From assembly GCA_037446635.1 (NCBI GenBank), contig JBBIIG010000014.1, positions 16,294 through 80,293 on the forward strand: a stretch of DNA of 64,000 nt. The letters run 5' to 3'. The stretch comes from a bacterium (GTDB lineage: Bacteria > Zhuqueibacterota > Zhuqueibacteria > Oceanimicrobiales > Oceanimicrobiaceae). The stretch's first letter is position 1, and every line of letters begins with the position of its first letter. Position numbers and translations under genes: made by a program. The notes under the pieces are model-generated. The model was not told the origin of the DNA and did no database searches. It saw only the letters and a list, made by a program, of their open reading frames with translations. Shown piece by piece: positions 57,514-64,000 of this stretch.

Positions 57514-57614
57514 CTTCGCCTCGCAACAATTAGCTTGACATTCATTGACGGTTTTATCTATATTTTTTCAAAATCAGTGTAAAATCTGGACACCCATTCC
57601 GGGAGGTCGCGTCC

Positions 57615-58505
57615 GTGGCAACCACGAAACTCTCTTATTTGCGCTTCCAAATGCTTCCCCTCCTTTCCTCGATAAGTTTAGCAATTGCGGTTCTGCTGCC
57701 TTCACGGGCAGCGGCGCAGGCGGTGAAGGCGAACGTGAACGTTATCATCGATAAGCTGCCTATTGAAAAACAGGAAAAAATGAGAAACTTCCACCGCGTC
57801 GTCAAAGACTACATCGAAAACGCCAATTGGTTTTTGGATGACGACGCCGTGCCCATCGAAGTGACCCTGCAAATGTTTCTCACCGATATTCCCTCCAACA
57901 TCGAAGATCGCTATCTCTGCGAGCTACTGGTCTCAAGCGCGGACGTGCAGTACTTCGATAAGCGCTTCCGTTTTCCGTTTCAACCGGGAACGCAATTGGT
58001 TTACAGCGAACAAGCGATTGACCCGCTTACCGGCGTGATCGATTTTTACCTGAACCTGGTTTTAGGCAATGAGCTGGATAAATACAGCGGCTTTGGGGGA
58101 GACGTTTACTACAAACGAGCGCAAAGCATTGCGGCGCTGGGCAAGTTCGTGCGCACGGAATTTGTGCGCGGCTGGCCCGAGCGCGAACAACTGATTAAAC
58201 GGGTGTTCGAGGAGCCATTTATCACCTTCCGCAAAATGAAGGATTTCTATTTTTATGGGCTGTACGTCCGCGAAAAAAATCTCGCCGACGCCCGCAAAAA
58301 TGTGAAGATTGCTTTGGACATGCTCGAAACTGTCATCGAGAAGAAAGGCGATCTGGATGAGCCGCGACAGTTTTTAAACGCGCACTACTTGGAGTTTATC
58401 GATCTTTTCAAAGACTACGAAAACAAAAAAGAGATTTTCAAAAAGTTGATCAAGTTAGATTCGGCTCACAGAGAATTGTATGAAGCGCACGTTGGGGAGT
58501 CGTGA
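57615..58505 (+). CDS. secreted hypothetical protein (DUF4835-like)
   Basis: GTG start and signal peptide (LLSSISLAIAVLLPSRAAAQA). 296 aa with no catalytic motifs. Confidence 0.5.
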   Translation: MATTKLSYLRFQMLPLLSSISLAIAVLLPSRAAAQAVKANVNVIIDKLPIEKQEKMRNFHRVVKDYIENANWFLDDDAVPIEVTLQMFLTDIPSNIEDRYLCELLVSSADVQYFDKRFRFPFQPGTQLVYSEQAIDPLTGVIDFYLNLVLGNELDKYSGFGGDVYYKRAQSIAALGKFVRTEFVRGWPEREQLIKRVFEEPFITFRKMKDFYFYGLYVREKNLADARKNVKIALDMLETVIEKKGDLDEPRQFLNAHYLEFIDLFKDYENKKEIFKKLIKLDSAHRELYEAHVGES

Positions 58506-59136
58506 GTGAACAGCGACAATTTATAAATTGTTTGGAATAAGTCAAGAGCTTTTTTTCACTGACATCATTTTATACATTAGTATTACGCAACAAGTACACT
58601 CTTTAGTATTTCAATTACGGTCGAAGTTTTGATTGCGACAGATCAGTGAAAGGCAAGGGAACCGTGACTACTGTGCCACTTGTAAGTGTGCCCACGCTTC
58701 GTCCTCCTCTGGGCGATTCCAATCAACCGCCAGGGCTTCTTCCCTTAGCAGGGCGGTTATATTCAGTTTTTTCGTCAAGAGCTAAGATGGTTACAGGCGC
58801 ACGATTAAATGGATGGGGACGAGCTTTGATCAACCCACGGGCGTGCCGGATGTCTCGGCCAATGCAATTGGGATTGGATATCGGCATCCTCGTGCAAAAC
58901 CTGTTTCCACACTGGACGCTCTCCAGACAAAGCGAGTCGTTCCCCAAACGCTTTCGCAAGTTTGACCGCCCACCTGCGGCTGGGTTTCAGGGACTCTCCT
59001 TTGGCCTGGCGCTGGCCTGTTGACTGTCGCCGGCCAACTGTTGGCGGATTTGGGGCCGGGTGAAATTAGGAAGGCTTCAGTCGCAAATCTCAAAATGGTT
59101 TGGAAGAGATTGCCCAGATAATCCGTTAGCTTAAAC

Positions 59137-62100
59137 TTACCGCATCACCACCAACTTCTCCACCACCTCCACCTGCTCGTCGCCGCGGCGGGCGATGAGT
59201 TTGTATAAATACACGCCGTTCGCCAGCGCGTCGCCGTCGAAGTCGCGGGCGTTCCAGTGAAATTGATTGAAGCCGACGCGCGCCGGTAGAAAGTCCGCTT
59301 CGTGGATCAGACGGCCCGCGACGGTGTAAATTTTCAAGCGCACTTCATCGGCGTCCTGGGAGAGAATGTAGGTGAACGCGGTTTCGTTTTGAAAGGGATT
59401 GGGATAGTTCAGCACCTCGGTGATCTGGAAACGCGAGCTCACCTGAAACGCCTGCTCGAAATAATTGAGGTTGCCAGACGGGTCGCGGGCAAACACTTCG
59501 ATTTGATGATCGCCCTCGGAAAGGTTTGCGGTGAACAGGACCAGCGCTTTCAAATCGCGCTGCTCGGGGTTGGACTGCGGCAGAAATTGCGCCTGGCTCG
59601 CGCCGCTGCCGTAACTCACCTTTTGCTGATCGAGATAGACCACCACCTGCGAGGTGTCGGTGAACTGCGCCGGTCCGCGGTCGCGGATTTCCACCACCAC
59701 TTGCGGCGCGGCGGAAACAAAATCGCCGGCGGCCACCGTGCGGCCATCCATCTGTACGCGGATGACCGGCGCCAGCGTGTCGCGCACCACCCATAAACTG
59801 AAATCAGCGGCGTTGTTGGTCTCATCCAATTCCGTGATGCGATCATCCGCATCGAGTCGCACCGTCAGTTCGATTTTTCCGCTCAAACCACTAGTGGAAA
59901 TCAACGCCGGGTATTCGCGGATTTCATCCACCTGCAATCCGCCGACTTTCATTTTCTGCACTTCAGTTGCGCCCCGGAACATACTCACGAAGAAACTATC
60001 AGCGGCGGCGAGGCCAAAGTTGGCCGCGCCGATCGTGACCTGCGCTTCCGCGCCCACTTCGACTGTATCCTGCTGCACGTGAATCTCACTTTTGACGGTG
60101 GCGAGATCCGGCGGCGGAGAAAAATCCACTGACCATGACTGCAGCCGCGGCGTCGTCAATCCATTCGCGCTGGTGAGCGCGGCTGCCAATTGGATTTGTG
60201 GATAAGCCTGCGCCGGGATTTGCGAGAGGTCAATTTCGGCGGCGGAAAAGTTGGAGATCAACGTATCCAATGCGCTGCTGCCGCGCGGTTTTCCGATCAC
60301 CGAAAATATGATTTGATTTTGCTGATCTGATTCAAATGCGAGCCGCGCCGATTTCCACTCCAGCGCCGGCCCAATGAGCGGCGAAATCATGCGCCCGTTT
60401 TTCGCAAAACGATACAGCGTATCCGCGATGGCGATGGCGCCCTCCCCAACTTTTTTCCATTCTTCCGGCACCGTTCCAATGGCCGCACCCTTGCGCCCGA
60501 TGATCGCCCAGGCGTCGCGAAAGCGCACCTGCCGCGTGAATTGGCTGCCGATGCTTTCCAGCGCCAAATAGGCGCTTTCGGTCATGGAGACGCTGCCGTC
60601 ATCGCGAATGGCGGCGAGCACGATTCTGCCCTCTGGCAGCGCGTTGATGAACTGCGCCAGCGCCTCGGCGTTGGCGGTCGCGCCGTAGGTGTCGAAGCTG
60701 GCGCGATCCAGCAGCGCGCCGTCAGTCTCATCGAATACCGCGAGATTGTGGCCGCGCCTGTTGAGACTGACGTGCTCGTCGTTGCGCCACAGCCGCGCAA
60801 AGTTGCCGTCGCTGAACCCCGCCGATTCCGCCAGAAATGAAAGCTGGTTTTGTCGCAGCACCGCAAAGCGCGGCGTCACGCTAACGTTCTCCAAAAAATT
60901 GTTTTCAAATTGTTCGGCGCGCTGCTGCCGCCATTGCCCCGACGTTTGCGGCGAATAGGTGAACGATGCCGTCGCCCACGGCCCAAATTGTTCGCCGTCG
61001 AAGGTGCGGACGCGCCAGTAGTAAACGCCGGCCTGCGAAAGGTTCGGCTGCCAACGCGTGGTCAATCTCCCTTCGTCAATGGGCGGCGAGGCCTGGCGCA
61101 GCGGGCTGTCGAACGCCGCGCTGGTGTCGATTTCAAAAAAATAAACCAATCCCGCGATTTGAATTTTCGAATTGTTGGCGACCAGTTCCGGATTCGCGTT
61201 TTGCACCACGCCAAAATTCAGCGGCTTGATCAAAGTTAAGTCCGATGAGAAAACGGTAACCGTTTGTTCGGCAAAATTGTTGTTTTTGTCTGTTTCCGAA
61301 ATGCGATTTTGCGGATCGATTTCCACTTGAATGCGATACGCTCCGGGTTCATCCGGGAGACGCCACGACACCGTCACCGAATCGCGAAAGCCGGTTGGCG
61401 GGCGGATGAGCGCAGCGATCGGTGTCGAGTTGTTTTCGAAATCCAAAATCGAAATTTGCCCGGCCACGCTGTCAACCGGCTGCAGTCCGAAATTGCGAAT
61501 GACGGCGGAGATGGCCGCCGTGGAATCGGTGGTGAGCAGCAACTCGGGGGCGACGGTGATGTCCTCGTTTTGAATGCTCAACTCCGGTTGTGTGGGAATG
61601 TTCAACGCCAGCGCTGGGTCGCCGATGAGGATGTACTGGTCGATGACAAATTTGCTGCGCGGCTGGCCGCCGAGCCGCTGCCACAGTTGATACTTCGCGG
61701 AAGTGGTCGCCGCGCCCACGCTGCGCAAGGTGTCTTTGGTCACCGCGCGAAACAAACCATCGAGCAGAAAATAATCCTGAGTAATGTACCCAAAGCCCGC
61801 CGAGCCCCAGTATGCCGCTGCGCCGTTGGGGTGCAGCACAAACTCTTCGCTGAGACTGTTCAGCACGGGTTCGGCGAAGCGGGCGGAGTGGCAGGACATG
61901 CCGGTGATGAACGGGAACACCTCGCGGTTTTGCCAGTCGTCCGGGTGGCCGATGTCGATGTCCCACACCTGGCTGCCGGCGTGGCCGATGAAATTAACCC
62001 AGAGAACGCCATCGTGAATTTTCTCCGAAGCGGTACGTTTAAAATTCAGGGTGATGGCCTCATTGGTGGTTTTGTTGTACGGGATGGCGAGGCCGCTGAA

Positions 62101-64000
62101 GGGCGCCGGCGCGACGTGGTCGTTGACGAGTCGGGTGCCCTGCGAAAGAAAAATAGCTTGCTCGGTGGCGTTGATGCCGCCATTGGCAAAGGCAATTTCT
62201 TTGTTCCACGCGCCGAAGGGCAAGCGCTCGTACGCCATGATTTTGTCGATGACGATGGCCGCCTGCTCCGCGGTTTCGACCGGAATGCGCCCGACGAACA
62301 GATCCGGCAGCACATCGTCCGGGCCGTCGAGCAGGGCGTACCAGTTGTCGGCGACGAGGATGCCGTAGGAAGGAACGTAATTGGTTTTCACCGCGCCCGC
62401 CGATAGTTTTTTCGGATCCCACGAAGCGTCGCCGAGCAGAACCAAATAGGTGGGCGCCGGCTTTTCCCAAAACTCAAAGGCGTAACTCAAAAACGATTTG
62501 ATGGCTTCGGGCGCAATGATGCCGAAATTGAATTCGTCATAAATATCTTGCACATCGACGACCGCTGTCCGGAAGCCATTCCGATCGCGGCGGTAGTCTG
62601 CCAGCCTCTGCGCTTCATCCAAAAAATTTTTGTGGGTGATGATGATGTAATCCGCGGCGCTGGCGGTTGAATGCAGATCGCTATTTTTTTCTTTTTCAAT
62701 GCGGCTGATTTTTTTGAGGCCGGATTTCGACGCGGCGAAATAAAATGTCGCCGCGCTGGTGTCCGTGAACCCAGCCGAGTAGCCCAGCGCCGACTCGCCC
62801 CGCAGCGTGTCGCTGACTGCGGCCGGTCCGCTCAATCTCCTCGAAAGAACTTCTTTAGCCGAGCCCACCACCGCGCCCTTGCGGCCGACGAACGCCCAAC
62901 TATCGCGGAACGCAACTTGCCGAATGAGGCCGCTGCCAGCGGACTCATAAGCTTGATACACCGCTTCGTTCAAGTTGGTGGCGCCTTCGTCGCAAATGCC
63001 GGCCAGCACGATTTGACCCGCAGGCAGGGAATTCAAATAGGCCGCCAGTTCATCGGCGGCGGCCGGCGCGCCGAAGGGATCGAAGCGGCGAATTTCCGAG
63101 GCCCCGGTTTGGGGATCGATGGTCATGATGTGATGGCCGCGGCTGCGGAATTCCTGCACCTCAAAATGGGCGATGAGCTTCACAAAGTTGCCGTCGTTGA
63201 AGCCGGCGGATTCCACTTGAAAAAAAGAGGCGCGGTCGATTAGCGGTTGCCACCGCCTGCCTTTTAGAGGATCGAAAATGGTGATCTGTGAATCCGAAAA
63301 ATTGTGCAGCAAATAATTTTTGATGACGCGGCCGGGGTTGTCGGCTTTGAATTTGAAATGACTTTGCGCCGCGGCCGGCGTTCGTGGGTAGATGACGTCC
63401 ACCCAATCGAGATAGATTTGATTCACCAGCGCGCCGCTGCCGCCGACGAGATGCAGGTCGAAACGATTCTGGCCGTTGACGAAAAGCGACGTCGGCAGAA
63501 TTAGATTCCACAGCAGCTCTTCGCGATCGTCAAAGAAATTTTCGCCGACGAGTTGATTATTAATAGTGAGCCGGACGTGGTGATCCGGATTCACCGGATC
63601 TTGGGTCGTTCCCTGCAGCCGCAGTTTGAGCGTGCAATTTTCCACGGCGTAGTGCAGGCCACTTAAATTGAAACTGAAAATGTCGTGTTCGTTTTCAAAA
63701 ATGTAGCGGCCAATCCAGCCTTCATCCGGGTCGATTTCGCTGGAGCTGTTGGAGCGATGAAAGATAACTTCGCGCTCGAGATGCAGGGTTTCCCAATAAA
63801 ATGGGTCGGGCTGGTTTTGTGAAATTCCGGATGGAATCAATTGGTAGCGCGGCCCGGGGTCGCCATCGTCCGTGAGAAAATAGACATTGGTGTCGGTGTA
63901 AAAATCGTAGTAGCGATCGCTTGCCTGCGCAGGCAGGCGGCCGCGATGCCAGTCGGCGTAAAAGTAAATGGTGTCCAGCGGAGAAAATGTGACATTCTGC
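59137..64000 (-). CDS. very large T9SS cargo protein (partial; N-terminus beyond the window edge) with C25 (gingipain-like) peptidase domain and two ILEI/FAM3-like domains
   Basis: The frame is open to position 64000, so the TTG at 63840 is not necessarily the start. C25-like catalytic region 'VNFIGHAGSQVWDI...ITGMSCHSARF'. Two paralogous about 150-aa domains ('RRGHNLAVFDETDGALLDRASFDTYG...ALAQFINALPEGRIVLAAIRDDG' and 'RSRGHHIMTIDPQTGASEIRRFDPFG...LAAYLNSLPAGQIVLAGICDEG'). C-terminal T9SS sorting domain '...NYPNPFQNETAFTYIL...VYLYKLIARRGDEQVEVVEKLVVMR'. Confidence 0.7.
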   Translation of the reverse strand, partial: QNVTFSPLDTIYFYADWHRGRLPAQASDRYYDFYTDTNVYFLTDDGDPGPRYQLIPSGISQNQPDPFYWETLHLEREVIFHRSNSSSEIDPDEGWIGRYIFENEHDIFSFNLSGLHYAVENCTLKLRLQGTTQDPVNPDHHVRLTINNQLVGENFFDDREELLWNLILPTSLFVNGQNRFDLHLVGGSGALVNQIYLDWVDVIYPRTPAAAQSHFKFKADNPGRVIKNYLLHNFSDSQITIFDPLKGRRWQPLIDRASFFQVESAGFNDGNFVKLIAHFEVQEFRSRGHHIMTIDPQTGASEIRRFDPFGAPAAADELAAYLNSLPAGQIVLAGICDEGATNLNEAVYQAYESAGSGLIRQVAFRDSWAFVGRKGAVVGSAKEVLSRRLSGPAAVSDTLRGESALGYSAGFTDTSAATFYFAASKSGLKKISRIEKEKNSDLHSTASAADYIIITHKNFLDEAQRLADYRRDRNGFRTAVVDVQDIYDEFNFGIIAPEAIKSFLSYAFEFWEKPAPTYLVLLGDASWDPKKLSAGAVKTNYVPSYGILVADNWYALLDGPDDVLPDLFVGRIPVETAEQAAIVIDKIMAYERLPFGAWNKEIAFANGGINATEQAIFLSQGTRLVNDHVAPAPFSGLAIPYNKTTNEAITLNFKRTASEKIHDGVLWVNFIGHAGSQVWDIDIGHPDDWQNREVFPFITGMSCHSARFAEPVLNSLSEEFVLHPNGAAAYWGSAGFGYITQDYFLLDGLFRAVTKDTLRSVGAATTSAKYQLWQRLGGQPRSKFVIDQYILIGDPALALNIPTQPELSIQNEDITVAPELLLTTDSTAAISAVIRNFGLQPVDSVAGQISILDFENNSTPIAALIRPPTGFRDSVTVSWRLPDEPGAYRIQVEIDPQNRISETDKNNNFAEQTVTVFSSDLTLIKPLNFGVVQNANPELVANNSKIQIAGLVYFFEIDTSAAFDSPLRQASPPIDEGRLTTRWQPNLSQAGVYYWRVRTFDGEQFGPWATASFTYSPQTSGQWRQQRAEQFENNFLENVSVTPRFAVLRQNQLSFLAESAGFSDGNFARLWRNDEHVSLNRRGHNLAVFDETDGALLDRASFDTYGATANAEALAQFINALPEGRIVLAAIRDDGSVSMTESAYLALESIGSQFTRQVRFRDAWAIIGRKGAAIGTVPEEWKKVGEGAIAIADTLYRFAKNGRMISPLIGPALEWKSARLAFESDQQNQIIFSVIGKPRGSSALDTLISNFSAAEIDLSQIPAQAYPQIQLAAALTSANGLTTPRLQSWSVDFSPPPDLATVKSEIHVQQDTVEVGAEAQVTIGAANFGLAAADSFFVSMFRGATEVQKMKVGGLQVDEIREYPALISTSGLSGKIELTVRLDADDRITELDETNNAADFSLWVVRDTLAPVIRVQMDGRTVAAGDFVSAAPQVVVEIRDRGPAQFTDTSQVVVYLDQQKVSYGSGASQAQFLPQSNPEQRDLKALVLFTANLSEGDHQIEVFARDPSGNLNYFEQAFQVSSRFQITEVLNYPNPFQNETAFTYILSQDADEVRLKIYTVAGRLIHEADFLPARVGFNQFHWNARDFDGDALANGVYLYKLIARRGDEQVEVVEKLVVMR

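Noticed and set aside
58646-59023. 125-aa plus-strand ORF in the intergenic region
   Set aside because: No RBS, atypical Pro/Gly/Arg-rich composition, no family resemblance. Treated as non-coding.
58506-59136. RNase P RNA, tmRNA, SRP RNA or cobalamin riboswitch in the long intergenic region
   Set aside because: I looked for GAAAGTCCGG (RNase P P4), the tmRNA tag-peptide reading frame and CCA-end tRNA-like domain, and the SRP GGAAGCAG motif, and found none. The AGGGAA/GCCACT-like words are not in riboswitch order, and no downstream gene exists to regulate.
1-64000. Mobile genetic elements, prophage, toxin-antitoxin or restriction-modification/defence genes
   Set aside because: No transposase, integrase, phage structural protein, nuclease, methyltransferase or known defence-system domain was recognised in any of the six frames. 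The only mobile-like signals are the short MITE/REP-type repeats reported above.

Overview
This 64-kb window is a chromosomal segment with about 55-60% GC and dense coding on both strands. Five large secreted proteins end in the type IX secretion (T9SS / Por) C-terminal sorting domain, and the window also holds PorV-like outer-membrane barrels, a CarboxypepD_reg-type TonB-dependent receptor and an ExbB-ExbD-ExbD-TonB cluster. Together these point to a bacterium of the FCB superphylum or a related candidate phylum. No rRNA, tRNA, CRISPR array, transposase or integrase was recognised.

Gene content, in order:
- **1-5 kb, redox island:** a DUF3179 gene interrupted by an in-frame TGA, a monoheme c-type cytochrome, a triheme c-type cytochrome, a cupredoxin, and a degraded second DUF3179 copy.
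- **4.5-16 kb:** small enzymes (DUF1348, a Cys-less thioredoxin fold, a PNPOx-like protein, an alpha/beta hydrolase, an isochorismatase-family hydrolase), a sigma-54/GAF activator and a Crp-family regulator, a DUF255 thioredoxin-domain protein, an EHP-repeat protein, a transglutaminase-like lipoprotein and an AlkD-like protein.
- **15.7-21 kb:** a frameshifted YHS-domain gene, an orphan OmpR-type response regulator, a TonB-dependent receptor, and a second frameshifted hypothetical gene.
- **21-33 kb, T9SS cargo neighbourhood:** a T9SS cargo protein, a lipoprotein, a second sigma-54/GAF activator, and a Ser/Thr kinase with PEGA domains, followed by a Kelch T9SS protein, a TPR/DUF5683-like protein and a 914-aa DUF5666-repeat T9SS protein.
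- **33-43 kb:** a pyridine-nucleotide-disulfide oxidoreductase, an asparaginase-II family protein, tryptophanase and a HAD hydrolase. A repeat lipoprotein, a BNR-repeat T9SS protein and two PorV-like barrels follow.
- **43-53.6 kb:** a GH57 glucanotransferase and a Ctp protease, then exbB-exbD-exbD-tonB. After these come a zf-HC2 anti-sigma-like protein and a lipid-kinase - DUF2064 - WbqC - GT2 cluster.
- **53.7-64 kb:** a minus-strand operon of two outer-membrane beta-barrels fused to ComEA-type helix-hairpin-helix domains, a DUF4835-like protein, and a partial gene for a very large C25-peptidase-like T9SS protein.

The most distinctive signals:
1. Two tandem outer-membrane barrel / ComEA DNA-binding-domain fusions, with the domains in opposite order.
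2. Several families of intergenic palindromic (REP- or MITE-like) repeats. One family sits directly after T9SS cargo genes.
3. An in-frame TGA at the conserved Cys position of the DUF3179 gene, which is either a selenoprotein candidate or a pseudogene.
4. Three genes with an inferred frameshift (two inferred single-base homopolymer insertions in the YHS gene, one deletion in 20393..20916) plus a truncated, frameshifted second DUF3179 copy.
5. A lipid-kinase - DUF2064 - WbqC - GT2 cluster with coupled start/stop overlaps.
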